Assembly (NCBI RefSeq): GCF_009914755.1
Contig: NC_060925.1
DNA length: 64,000 nucleotides
Origin: the human T2T-CHM13v2.0 reference genome, Homo sapiens
Strand: one strand, 5' to 3'
Shown: in pieces, positions 11,504-28,215 of the stretch
How the letters are laid out: the number at the start of each line of letters is the position of its first letter
Numbering within the stretch: the first letter of the stretch is position 1
Translations under genes and position numbers: made by a program
The notes under the pieces: model-generated
Databases searched by the model: none
What the model saw: only the letters and a program-made list of their open reading frames with translations
Told to the model about the DNA's origin: nothing

Positions 11504-12998
11504 ATTTATTAGTAAGGTCATTTATTAGTAAGGAAGAGAAGCAAGCACCAAGATTTAAGGCAGGAAGGGATAGGCTAACTCTACTGCTTTGTGCAAATGT
11601 AGTCGGGTTTATGATCAGGGCTGCCCTTAACTATAAAGCTGCTAACCCCTGAGTCTTGAAAGGGAAAAGAGAAACACTAGTTGCCAGTCTTTTGGTTGTA
11701 CAACAAGAAGGCCTGGACTATGAGAATGCTTTTTCTGGATTAGTTCCATCAATGCTTTGTCCCTGAAGTCAGAAGTACCTTGCCAGTAAGGGACTGCTTT
11801 TTAAAGTTTTTTGTTGTTGTTGTTTAATTGGAAAATGCCCCCTGGCCACCCAGAACCCCATGAGTTCAACACCAAAGGCACTGAAGTGTTCTCCTTTTCC
11901 CCCAAACACATCTCTACTTCAGCCTCTAGATAAGGGAGTCATAAGGACCTTTAAGGCTCTACATATGGCACTCTATGGAAAGGTTTGTCAACATTGCAAA
12001 AGAGAAACCCAATAGAGAGAACATCATGGAAGTCTGGAAGGCTTACACCTTTCAAGATGTCATCAGTTGATATAGAAAACCATGAAACTCAAAACAATAA
12101 ATTCGTGCTGGACAAAAGTACAATTTGTGTCCAGATGTTGTGCATAGCTACAGAATTACGACAAATCCAATTTAGAGAAAACCATGGAAAGAAGTATGGA
12201 TATGAAGGGAAAAAAAGGTGTGGAGTGAAGGGTTGCAAGATATGGATCTTGGAGGAATTTAAGAGCTAATACACACCACACCAGAGGAATTAACAAAAGA
12301 TGACTTCATGGAGATGAGTGCTTCCTAACCAGTGCCAGATAATGAGGAAGAAGACATAGGAAAAGCAGTGCCAGAAAACAAATTGGCATTCAACAATCTG
12401 GCAAAAGAGCTTTGATTATTCAAGACTACTTTTGACTTCTTTTATGACATAGACCGTTCCATGATACAGGAACTGAAACTAAAGCAAATGGTGGAAGACG
12501 GATAGGTACTACACTGAAATGTTTTTAGAGAAATGAAAAAGCAAAATAGACAGAAATAACGATGTATTTTTGTAAAGTTTCACCAAGTGTGCTTGCCTCT
12601 TTTGCTTCCCCTTCCATCCCTTCACCCTCTTCCACCTCTGCTACCCTAAGACACAAAGACCAGCTCCTCCTCCTCCTCCTCTGCCTACTCAACATGAAGA
12701 CAACAATGATGAAGACCTTTAGGGTGATCCACTTCCACTTAATGAATGGGTCATATATTTTCTCTTCCTTACAATTTTCTTGATTATAATTTTTTTTCTG
12801 TAGCTTAGTTTATTGTAAGAATACAGTATATAATACACATAGCATGCAAAATATGTCTTAAATGTAATGCATGTTATCAGTAAGCCTTCTGGTCAACAAT
12901 AGGTTATTAGTAGTTTGGGGGGAATCAAAAGTTGTATGCGGATTTTTCACTGTGTGGGAGGCCAGCTCCCCTAACCCTATGTTGTTCAAGGGGCAACA
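11504..12998 (+). mobile_element. Tigger2 (TcMar-Tigger DNA transposon), 3' part with decayed transposase
   Basis: Translates to Tigger-like [27 protein letters not shown]; ends in CCCTAACCC..GTTGTTCAAGGGGCAAC terminal-repeat-like sequence. Confidence 0.8.
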
Positions 12999-13544
12999 AT
13001 ATTCTTTCTCACTGGCACTTTACTTTCCATAAATTCAAATCCCAAAAGTAGAACTGCAAGTTCAAAAGGATTTTTAAAAACATAATTACTGTCAGATTAC
13101 AGAAAGTTTCCAATTTCCATTTTCACTACCAATGTACAATGTTGGCGTCCCTGAATCCTTATCAGCAATGAATTTTTAAATATACTATAAGAGATGAAAA
13201 AATTTTTTTTAAATTTGGAATTCCCTGATCACTAATGAAGTTAAGCATCAATATTATTCCTTTAATATGCAAATGCTGAAAATACATTTAACTATAATAG
13301 ATGTCAAAAATCTGTAAATCAGGCTAGGTGTGGTAGGCACTCACCTGTATTCCCAGCCACTGGGAGACTTGAGTCCAGGAGTTCCAGACTGTAGTATGCA
13401 ATGATCAAGCCTGTGAATAGCCACTGCACTCCAGCATGGACAACATAGCAAGACCCCATCTTTTTTTAAAAAAAAGAGTCTATAAGACAAAGGTCCTCAT
13501 AAATTAAGAGAAGCCAAGACAGTCACTGTGACTTCAGAATATTT

Positions 13545-15285
<1,741 letters not shown>

Positions 15286-16377
15286 TATTTCAAATATTAT
15301 TGTAAAACAATGAGATATTGAAACATACATTGGAGCAAACTCTTCTTCATTCTTAAATCCTTTCAGCACAGAGACAATCAACTGACTGTGTGGGTACTAC
15401 CTGACCACTATTGGAGTCTCTTTCATCTGCCTGAGTCTGTGCAACAATATGAAATTATAATTTTACTATGCACCTAAACTTTCCTCAATATATTGAATTC
15501 TTACAGAATTTGAAGAGTCAAATTTTGTAAATCCAGTTACCTTTTTCCACTACTCTAGGCCTCATATACTATCTGGCCTAAGGGTTAAAGGTCCACAATT
15601 GAATAAGCCAAACTTGTTAATTTGAGGGTAAAGCATGTCAAGAAATCTGGCCTTAATGTCCAATGAACTTATGTCATATTAAGTAGCTGGATAGAAACAT
15701 GCATTCCAAAGTGGATGCTGTTTATCAGGCTCAGTGCTCTATTCTTGACAGTAAATCCCAGAATAGGGTGGATGCTTTAATTTTGTATTAAATAGTATTA
15801 GGTGTAATATCAAAACCACTAAGGGAACACTAATGATGAGAATAGGAACACTAGCTGTGGAGCTGGCAATTTTCTATAGAAATCCTATCTCTTTCAATTG
15901 CCTGTTTAGTGGGCAAGTGTTTCAGTTCCTATAATATCTAAATTGGAGAAAATCACCCCACCTACTTCTTCAGGTGTTATGATAATTATGAGGGATAACA
16001 TCTTTTTAAGTGTTTAACACAATTCCTCACACATAGAAAGCAATAATAAACATTGGCTAGCATTGTAAGGATGGATTATTGTCTTCCAATGTGTTTTCAT
16101 ACATTTTCTTTCTAGGATCTTGAGTGAAACATGTGGATCTAGAACAAGAACAAAATGATGTTACCTTGATGATCTCTATGTAGGGTCACACTCAAGGCAT
16201 CTTAAAATATTTTGCTGGCCAAAAAAGACACCTCCTGTTCTAATTGGGCATTGTCCTTTTCTTTAAACTATGCAGACAAACAATATTATAAAGTGAGAAC
16301 ATCCGCATAAAAAACCTAAACATAAATCTTAATAGTGAGTTCATGAAAATTCTTACTGATGAAATGGCAATGTCACA

Positions 16378-16727
16378 GACTGACTGTTTATGTCCCCCCA
16401 AATTTGTATATTGAAATCCTAACCCCCAAGCTACTCGTGTTAGGAGATAGAGCCTTGGGGAGGTGATTAGGTCATGAGGACAAGATTCTCATGAATGGGA
16501 TTTGAGCCCTCATAAAAGAGACCCCAGAGAGCTCATTGGCCCCTTCCAAAGTATGGGGATACAGCAGGAAGTTGCCATCTATGAGCCAGAAGGGTGAACC
16601 TCACCCCAGATGCTGAATCTGCCTTGATATTGGACTTCCCAGCCTGCACAACTGTAAGAAATTTCTGTTGTTTATAAGTTACTCAGCTTGTGGTATTTTG
16701 TTACAGCAGCCTACACAGACTAAGACA
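16378..16727 (+). mobile_element. MLT1A-like MaLR LTR
   Basis: TGTCCCCCCAAATT..GAAATCCTAACCCCCAA..GGACTTCCCAGCCT..CAGACTAAGACA. Confidence 0.75.
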
Positions 16728-18666
16728 AGTAGCATTTTGAGGATTAAAATTTCTTCATAAATGAATAGAGTATGCCCTGTTAAACCATATTCTCAGCTAA
16801 CCCCGTTTACTCACTGTTCCTCTTTATTTTAGTTTCACATTTTTGCTATTTATCTCTGTAATTTTATTCATTCTTCACAATTTGCCATTCTTATACTTCG
16901 AATCATGTTATCAGTTTATAATACCTCCATCAAATGATAGTCTGCATTTGTTTATCCTTGGCTGATTCAAAACACTTGGCATAATTTCCTTAAAGGAAAT
17001 CATCTTCATCCCACCTCACAACACTGTATTATTTTCAATTAATTTCCAATAAACTCTTAATTGTCCATGCTCTGTCAGAGTTGGCAGAGTTAATCCCTGT
17101 TTAAGCTAATAGGTTCAACTTCTTCAACAAACAAATCTTTCATGAAAGCTGCTGACAAGCCAGAGTATTAATTAAATCTAGTTTCATTGCTTCTCACTTT
17201 CCTTGATCTTTCTCTCTTGTTCTTTGGGAAACAGTCACAGAGTTCTGGCGCTAATAAATACTATAAAAAGTAGGAAATACAGTCTAAAGAAGCAGAATAT
17301 TCTGTTTAAAGTTGATGTGGTGCTTTTTGTGCACCAAGCATTGGCTCAAAAGCCTGAAAATTAGGCAGCAATACTTCCTAAGCTCATCTTCAACCATAAG
17401 GCAGAAAAGCCAAACATATCTGAAAATATAATATCACTGGTACCTTATACCAGCACTAAGAATAAGAAAACCCTGGAAAGTGGCTCGAGTACAGTATTTT
17501 TCTATTGGAATTAATTTTTCAAAATGGAAAGGACTTCATTGTTATTTTTATTATAAAATTAGTATATGTTTATTATTAAAAATAAGTACAAAAATCTCTA
17601 AAAGAAAAAGGGAAAAATTACCAGCAGTTCCACATTCCAGATATCATCACTGTTAGCATTTAGGATACAAATATCCAAACACTTCTTCTATCAATACATT
17701 TAATTTTTAAATTTGACCATTATGCAATGTACACATGCACTAAAGCACCACACTGTACCCCATAAACATGTGCAATTATTATGTCAATTAAAAACAAAAT
17801 AAAAGCATTTTACAAAAAATCATGTTATTTTTAATAACTTGTTTTTCTAATTTTATACACCATAAAATAAATGTCTTTACATGACATTTATTTTATGATA
17901 ATAACTAATTTATTCATTTAAACAGCAAGGTACATTTCGTTCTACAGATATACTATATAATATTTACTCCGATCTCTGGATGAGAATTTATGTTGCCCGT
18001 AAATATTGTATCACAAACATTATAAGAATAATCTCTGTAAAGGTTTTCTTCCTGAATTATTATTTGGGTAGAAAAATTACTAGAAAGAGAATAACTGGGT
18101 CAAAGATTAAAGACAATTTAAATTTCAATATATAGAATCAAATTATTCTCCAAAATATTGTACTCTACAGTATTTGAATTTTGATTTTTTTCTCCATTTT
18201 CACTACTGCCAATAACTTTAATCTTTGTCGATAAATGAGACAAAAAAGACAAATAATGCAATATTATACAAGGGAGATTAATAGGTAGAAAAAGAAATGC
18301 AATGGCCAAGAGTAACAGAAGATGTTCAACATCAATCCAATCAAATTAATGAGTCTTTAAAATGCAATAGCAGTCAATGTTAGCAAGAGTGTAGGTATTA
18401 GACATTCTCATAGGAATATAAACTAGGGCCATGTTTTAGGATCATATTAGATCGCAGCAATTAAAAAATGTTAAATTCATATGTTCTATAGCAACTTCTC
18501 AGGTTGGAATTTATCACATGGAGAATCTTGTAAAATACATAAACCAAGATATGTTATTAATGTTATTGGTAGCCTATTGTTTAAATAAAAAATATATTTA
18601 TACAATACAGTTGTTAAAAGTTAAGAATATCTTGAAGGTAAATTATTAAACAAAAATAGAAAGCCT

Positions 18667-18800
18667 AGGCCAGGCAAGACTTCATCTCATGCTTATAATC
18701 CCAACACTTTTGGAGACTGAGGCGGGAGGATTGCTTGAGCCCAGGAGTTTGAGACCAACCTGGGCAACACAGTGAGACCTCATCTCTAGAAAAAAAAAAT
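18667..18800 (+). mobile_element. Alu monomer (FLAM_C-like)
   Basis: Left-monomer sequence + A tail. Confidence 0.75.
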
Positions 18801-20185
18801 ACAAAGCCTAGTTCTGAACATCCTTTTGTGTAATACTAAAAGATAAAATTTTATTTTCTAACTTGTTTAAGATCTATATTCTATACGGGGGATGTGTATT
18901 AAGGTCATTTTTAAAAAGATACTCAAGGAATTGTCAACAGTGATTATCTTAAGGAGAGATTCTAGATGTCTGGGGGTAAGAGACTAGAGGAAAGAGAATT
19001 TTATATTTCATTTTTACCTTTATTTAATTTTTTGATTTTCTTACTGGGTGCATGAATTATATTTTTATGTCAGCATGTTTTATCAGATAAATAAAATTAT
19101 GAGCTATTTCTGTTTTCTCTCATTTGTTTTATGTTTAAGTAAAGGAAAATGAGATATGTCTTTTTAAATTAGATAATCTTGAGTCCATGATTATTATGAA
19201 AGCCCTCTGTTATCTTTTTCCTTCCTTTCACAATGACTATTTATGTTGTAGAATCATTAATTTCTCAAGACAAATGTCTTAGAAGGTAGATACAAAAAAT
19301 GGTATACATTTTTTGATTCAAGCTAATTTCATGTTATGAACAAAATTATGTAATGTCATTTCTAAGACCTTTCTGTGATCTATCAATCCACTAGGTTAAA
19401 GAGCAGAAATCACTTCCAAAACAAATCCTTTTGCAGTCAGCAAAATGAAGCAACTATATGAATAAGTTTTTCCACTTGGCCTATTTTTCTACCCATGGTT
19501 ATTAATCAGTCTCACTGACTACATTTTCCGTTTTACATCCCCTTTCAGGCACTACTGCAGATGGCCAAGCATATCACATTATGTAAATAAAATAAAACAA
19601 AATCTTTTCCCATTGAGCAAATGGATATACTTCACCTCTAATGCTTCCAGTCTTTCTCAGATCATTCAAAAAGCATGATATGGTTTCCATAAAAGGACAT
19701 TCATCCCATTTGACTAACTGGAATTTCTTTACTCCAGCTAATCTTTACCAAAGAGCTGAATTAATTCAAGTTGACACCCTGTTATCTACCAGCTCTTCCA
19801 GCCCTTTTGCTTGATTGTTTTGTCATTTTGCCTTTTCTTTTCTTCTAAAGTGGGAGTATGGAGATTTACCCTTCTGAAACAGCTGTGTCACATCATGATC
19901 CTTGAGGATATCAGCTCTTAACTGGCTGCACATCAAAATCACTGTTTCCTTTGACCAATACTCTAGACACACTCAAGCAGAGATTCTGGATTCTGATTTA
20001 ATTGACACAGAGTAGGGCCTGGGCATTTTTACAGCTCCCCACATGATTCTATTGTGCCTCATCTATCCTAGCCCTTAAGCAGGACCAAACATTTGTTCTA
20101 TCTTAATTATTATTCTCTTAAACTTAGTCCAATTCCTTACAACTGATAGCTTTCTATATACTCATCTGCCTTGAGTGATGACAAT

Positions 20186-20548
20186 TGATATGGTTTGGCT
20201 GTGTCCACACCCAATCTCATCTTGTAGCTCCCATAATTCCCACATGTTGTGGGAGGGGCCCAGTGGGAGATAACTGAATCATGAGGATGGGTCTTTCCTG
20301 TGCTGTTCTTGTGTTAGTGAGTAAGTCTCATGAGATCTGATCATTTTTAAAATGGGAGTTTCCCTGCACAAGCTGTCTCTTTGCCTGCTGCCATCCATGT
20401 AAGATGTGACTTGCTCCTCTTTGTCCTCCACCATGATTGTGAGGCCTCCCCACCCATGTGGAACTGTAAGTCCATTAAACCTCTTTCTTTTGTAAATTGC
20501 CCGGTCTCAGGTATGTCTTTATCAGCAGCATGAAAACAGATGAATACA
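20186..20548 (+). mobile_element. THE1 solo LTR with perfect 5-bp TSD ACAAT
   Basis: TGATATGGTTTGGCTGTGTCC start, ...AAACAGATGAATACA end; ACAAT at 20181-20185 and 20549-20553. Confidence 0.9.
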
Positions 20549-20784
20549 ACAATACTGTAACAAATCTACTCACATCTGTTCTCTTTATAGGAATTGCAGT
20601 GCTACAATATTAGTGGCTCTTAATTCTAAGAGTGTTAAAAAATATTAATGCTTGTCTCACCCCTAAAGTCTAGGGTGTGACCTGAGTATTAGGTTATTTA
20701 AAACTTTTCTCAGGTAATAGACATGTGCAGCCAAGGTTGAGAGCCACTCTATAGGGCCAAGATATGTAAGAAAATTCAAGTCCT

Positions 20785-21190
20785 TTAGCTGGGCATGGTG
20801 GCACGCAGCTGTAGCCCCAGGTACTCTGGAAGCTGAGGTGGGAGGATTGCTTGAGCCCAGGAGAGAGAGGCTGCATTAAGCTATGATCACATCACTGCAC
20901 TCTAGCCTGGGTGACAAAGTGAGATCATGTCAAAAAAAAAAAAAAAAAAGAAAGAAAGGAGAAAGAAAGGAAGAAGAGGAAGGAAGGAAGGAAGGAAGGA
21001 AAAGAAGACAGAAAGAAGAAAGAAAGAAAGGAACAAAGAAAGAAAGAAAGAAGAGAAAAAGAGAGAGAGGAAGAAAGAAAGAGAGAAAGAAAGAAAAGAA
21101 AAAGGAAGGAAGGAAAGGAAGAAAGAAAAAGAGAGAAAGAAGAAAGAAAAGGAAAGAAAGAAAGAAAGAAAGAGAGAAAGAAGGAAAAGA
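20785..21190 (+). mobile_element. Alu right monomer (FRAM/AluJ) whose tail expanded into a ~260-bp (GAAA/GGAA)n purine tract; 17-bp TSD
   Basis: AAGAAAATTCAAGTCCT at 20768-20784 and 21191-21207. Confidence 0.88.
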
Positions 21191-22719
21191 AAGAAAATTC
21201 AAGTCCTGCCTTGTAAAATGCAGTACTCCATTTTCCCAAAGAGATCCCAAGGGAAACTTAACTACAGGATAAAGACAGACAAAAGGACATAAATTACAAC
21301 TACTCTAGGTTCACATATTATTTTGTTTCTGAAATGGGTTTTAAAATATCTATGTCAGAGTTCATTTCTAGAACTTTATCTCTAGAAAACATATTTTCAC
21401 TTCTCAATACAGGAAAATGGAGATTGGAAAAATGAGGTTGGAAAATGATTTCCATGCTTATCTCTCAGCTTCTTTTTTCAACTTCCCTTTTTTCATCTCC
21501 GTGTCTTCACTGATACCTAGGAATCTCTGTTACATCACAGTCTTCAAGAGCTTTGCTCACAGCGAATTAGTTAAGACATTAGCTTTCAAAAGTATATGAT
21601 ATTCTCTCACAAGCATTTGTCTACTTTTAATAGGGCAAGCTATGTAAAGATGTTAAATCTCATTCCAGAAATACCACATCTACTCTACCTATTTATGAGA
21701 ACAGTCGTCTCTAGACCAAGATAGAAATTCATAGTTAGGAAATAAATCCCTGTAGGGTTTTTCCACAGTCCCAACATGTCCCCTACTGTCCCGATTTTAG
21801 CAACAAAAATCCCCCATCCAGAAAATCCTTCATTCCTGAGTAAGTTGAAAGATTGGTCACCCTATTTCTATCTGTGTCTCTTTCTTTCATAATTGGCTCA
21901 TAATCATAGCAGTCACAATTTTGAAAAATTTTATTTTACTGAATTACTCATTGCTGTTTTCTCATTTTTTAAATAATAAACACTTATTAAGAAACATTGG
22001 AAATATACCGAAAATAGTAAACAATAAAACAGAAACCATTGGCAGAAATCGTCACTATTAAAATCTTAATATACTCCCTTCCAATGTTGTTTCTGTTAAT
22101 GCAAATTGAAAAATCAGAGATTCGCCTCTGTGAACTAGATCTCTTTTTACCTTTAGATATTATTTGACAAATACATAGCTCAATCATCTATCCAAACTTC
22201 TCTTTTACAGACTCCATGCCAATTAACCTTCTCCTATGAAACTATTATTTCTTCACATAGGATAAATATGGTTATTGACACACAAACTTTCTTAGTTACA
22301 CTGCAATCCAGTTGTGCGTCCCTAAATTTATACCAATTGGATTTAGAATGATCATTACTAAAGAGGCTTGGCCTTATCTCTTGCAATTTGCTTCTTCCTT
22401 CTTAAATTCAATTCTTGTAATGTAACTATAATTTGGGGGTATCTTTTTGCCTCATATTCAAGTTCTCTTTCAAACTGAGGTACATTTCTGTATTTCTGTA
22501 TTTGTATATTGCATATAATAGTATAGAAAACAATAATGAGATTATAGTGTACATAAAAGTTTTGAAGTATAATTAAATATTTAATATATAAATATATTAA
22601 ATATGGGCTGCTGACTCACCAAGCCTGGTTTGGCTTCCATCACTTGTGTAATCAATCACCTGTATTAAATCACCTCTGCTTGAAAGACGAAGAATAGTTT
22701 CTGATTTATAAGCAAACAC

Positions 22720-23300
22720 TGAAAGCTCTTCTATTTCTTGTTTGCTAAACAAGATTTGTCAAAGTTAAATATTTTATTTTATTGAATTCACTTTTTGCCT
22801 CTCCTACAATGATGATTTGCTTTTCCTCCTTTAACTTGTTAATGTGATGAATTATACATAGTTTTTTTTTCTATTGTTAGAAATCCTTGCATTCATGGAA
22901 CAAACACAATTTTCATACTATATTATCTTTTTTATAGACTTCTAAACTTAATTTGCTAACTTTTAATTTAAAATGTTTGCCGTTAGGTTCATGAGGAAAG
23001 TTGGCATGTAATTTTCCTGTCTTACACATTTCTCATATAATATTGGTATCAAGGTTGTACTGGCCTCATGAAATGAACGAACAAATGGACCTTTTTTTAT
23101 TCTGGAGTTGTTTTTATAAAATGGAAATAATCCATTTCTTGAAAACATTTGATAGAACTCACCAGTAAAAATGTCTGGGCCTGCTGGTTCTCTTCTTCTA
23201 AGAAGAATTTGGAACTTATAATTAAAGCTCCTTTAATGTGTTAGAAAACTTTCCAGGTTTCCTTGAACATTAATAAATTCCAATGACGAAAAGCCCTCAG
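22720..23300 (-). mobile_element. Old L1M fragment (ORF2 region)
   Basis: Minus ORF has L1-like SFHEASTTLIP..ENYMPTFLMNLTANILN. Boundaries approximate. Confidence 0.6.
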
Positions 23301-25848
23301 ATATTAAATATAACCTTAAATATAACCTTCCCCCGATTCAATTTTTCTTTTGCAGATATGATTAGATACTCTAATTTTTCAACCTCTATTTCACATATCC
23401 ATTTTCCTTTCCTCCTCTGTACTGTCTTCAGCATAATTTGTTTAGTCTAACTTCCAACTCACTTATTTTCTTTTTGGTTCTATCCAATATTGTGTTTAAC
23501 CTGTCCATTTAGTTTTTAATTTTCATTATATTTTTTATTTCTAAAAGATCTCTTAAATTCAGTTTCAATCTGCTTAATATAAGATACATACACTGTCTCA
23601 ATTTATATTCCTGGCACACCTCATTGATTTTTTAAACATATTAAACACAGCTTTTATAGTTATATAATCATCCTAATATCTGAAATCTTTATGGGCATAA
23701 TTCTGTTTCTGCTCATGATGTTTATTTCCTCATGAGTTTTGTAAGAGTCTTACTTTTTTCTCATTTTGGATGAAATTTTACCTGTGGCCATTCTTTGAGA
23801 CATGGGCTGAATGTGGGTTTCTCCAAAGACACTTTGCCTTCGTCTTGTGTTTGGTGGTAATACCAACATGGGATAACTATAAAATAAATTATCAGTTTCA
23901 TGTGTGGGTTTTTTTTAACTTATACTTACAGTGAAAATTTAAACCACAAATTCATGTGAAGATGGCCTTCTCATTTTTCCTCTAAATGGCACCGAGTTTG
24001 AGGCAGGAAAATTTCCTGGTTGTCTCCTGCTGAGGAACAGGTTTTTATCTAGTTTATCCTTTCACTGAAATTATAGTCCTTCGTATCTCTGGCTTTCAGC
24101 AGTTTTCTCCTGTAAGACTGCTATAATGGGCAGGCACTAGGTTTTGTCTCACACTCTCCCATATCCCAGGTGGTCATAAAAATTGAAGCTCAGGGTACTA
24201 GGGCCAGGACTGTCCTTATGGAAGCTTCTGGTTTGGGGGTCTGCATACCTCTCTGGATTTATGTATTCTCCTTATGCTTGGCCTATGTGGTTCACCTTAG
24301 TTTCTATTCAAGTCAGTAATATACTTTTGAAAAATGACATGTACATTTTATCTGGTATTTGTAGATTTCATATAGCAGGATAGTGATTCAGCAAATTTAG
24401 TCTACCACAATGCTGGGAATAGAATTCCCCTAATTTTTGAAAACATTATATCAAATCATGTTTATTGCCATTAATAGTCTTATAAATGTGCTTTTAAGTA
24501 ACTGCATTTTGTCATAGCTCATTGTGATTGTATATTTAACTAGTTCACCCCTACCTCATGTTTTTTGGGAGTGAAGGTTGTACTCAACTCATTATGTTAA
24601 GTAATACTACAGTAAACATCAATCTATACATGCATTAATAATGATTTCCAAGAAAGTAGTGACACATGGTCATAATCATCTTTGAGGCTGATGGTACATA
24701 TTTTCAAATTGCATCTCAGAAATAATATACCAATCTGTGCTCTAATCAGCCGCATATGAAAGTGTCATCTTTCTGTTCTCCAACCAATACAACTACTACT
24801 GTTTTTATACCTACAAATCTGACAAAGATGGGAGAAGGGATCTTATAGTTTCAATTTGTATTTCTTTGGTGACCAATGTACTAAATTACTCAATGTACTA
24901 AATTACTCTTTTCCTGTTTATCATCCATTTCAAACAAAATGTAAACCATTTTTTAAATTTTTTTATATTAATGCAAATTGTAAATCACTACTTTATTTAT
25001 TCAACTTCCTAAGCAAAATTATATGTTGTCCCATTTATACATTTTATATTAGATCATTCTGCCTTACATTTATATCCTAAAACTGTCAGAATTATATAAT
25101 AATGATGAACAGTTGATTATAAATAATGTCTTTATTAGGATATTTCACCATAAATCTAAATTTCATCAATCTTTCTTTAAATATCTCTACACAATGTCCT
25201 CTTGTATTATATTAATAATTGCAGATACACTTCTTTTTGCTATTTCTATTAATTCTTTCCTATTCCTATTGTATGTTAGTCTCCCATTTTCTCCCATAAA
25301 ATAAATAAAAATTTTTCTATCAGATTCTGTGATATATTACTTCTTATTCCCAGCCTTCAACATTTTAAGAATTCAGATTGACCTTTTCTCCCATTCTTAT
25401 TTCAAGTTATCAGCATGTCGATACTTGGGAAATCTCATCAAGTGTTTAACAGTGCATACCTTACTGATTCATTATTTATTTCAATTTAATCTTTCTTATT
25501 TTCATTCAACTTTTTTCTCAGTAATACAACTTTTTCAAGCTTTTTATTTTCTAATGCATTTCTCCAAATAGCAGCCATAACCCTTATATGCCCTCTTTCA
25601 ATGACAACAACAAAAGTGTGCTAGGCTTCTTGGAAGAAAATAATGATACCAATTTAAGAAGGAGAAAATTGATGTACTGATAAACAAATGGGCATCTTAG
25701 GATCATGTTTCTCACAAGTAAGGCAGTTCCAGAAATTCCTAGGACCATAATGGGTTTTATTCTAAATAGGTTAAACATATCACTTAAAAAATTGTTTTCT
25801 ACAGTTCTCTAATATTGCTTACAATTGTCCACGTTTCCATGTTTATAA

Positions 25849-26221
<373 letters not shown>

Positions 26222-26767
26222 TAATACCATCAGCTTGACTTGAGGCCGTTTGAAGGCAGACTCAGAATCTGCAATTTATCAGGATCCCCAGGTAATTTGT
26301 ATGTGCAGTCTAGTTTGGTAGATCTGCTCTGGCAGACTGGAAGACTCTTCTATCTGCCTCACGTAAGGTGCAGGTGACATAATTAGGTAATCAAGCAAAA
26401 GATCACATATTTTAATAAGAAAGAGACACTGGCTATTATTTTGAGTGGCAAAACAGGTTATTCAGTCCCAGTTTAAAATGGAAATGACAGAGACCAAGAT
26501 GAAGATTTTTAATTTGAGATGTGCCTGCGATGCAATTACATTTGCTGAATGAAACTGCTTCAGTAATTAGATGCAGGTTTCTTCTCTCTTCTTTTTGAGA
26601 TGTAAAGAAGACACAATAGACTCATGGAACTTAAAGAACTAGACGCCAGCTAACAAAACATGCTATCCAGACTCTTCTGTTTCACCATATTGCTTTCTTG
26701 AAAACATAGGACAGTGCCAGTTTAGCACTGAAAAAAATCAGTTCTCCTAATTCTAAAAAGAGGAGAC

Positions 26768-26968
<201 letters not shown>

Positions 26969-27796
26969 AGAGAGAGAGAGAGAAACTGTAATTTCATTTC
27001 AGAAGTTTTATAGGGTACTATTTCCAATTCTTTTTTTCTTACTCCATTAAAGTGTAATTAGCAGTATGTGAAAATTTCCACTTTATCCTCAATCAGAAGC
27101 CTCTCCTTCCAATTAGCATATATTTTTTCTATTAACTTTGTAAAGTGGGATTCTTGTTTTATACATACCCCTGGAAAGTATACTTAAACTGTGAGACCCT
27201 GGGATTTTATATTTCCAAATAGAAGATACCATCCTCTTGTATCACAAAATGTACCTAAGATGGTTTGGATTATATTTAAATATTCTTGAATGAAATAGAC
27301 TTACTGACTGAAGCCAATTATTATATTTTTCCACACCAAAATAAATGCAATAGGAAAAGATGACAGTTCTATGTAGTATTCCTGCTTCCATATTGCACAA
27401 ATTAGAAACATACATATTCCATTATGTTACAGGGTCTAGGGCTTTGGGAGGACAAGGCTGCAGGCAGCCGAGATTGTGCCGCTGCACTCCAGCCTGGGCG
27501 ACAGAGTGAGACCTTTTCTCAATAATAATAATAAAAGTAAAAAGAAATATAATATTTAATCAATATATGCACACACATGGGTTTATCATGACACACATGA
27601 CATGTGTGTACAGTGAAAAAAATGAGTAAATCTAGAAACCTGTATTGCCTCAATAGCTAGCTAAGTACTTCAATATGCATGTTTATTTCAACAATTTTGT
27701 GTTAAGCTTCAGTGGTAAATAAGCAGAGTACACTGACCATAATGAATACTTCTTTTGATGAGGGTTATCACTACACAATTAAAATATTACATAGTT

Positions 27797-28215
<419 letters not shown>

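Noticed and set aside
20883-21292. K/E/R-rich and F/L/S-rich ORFs (also 31408-31800)
   Set aside because: Translations of (GAAA)n simple repeats.
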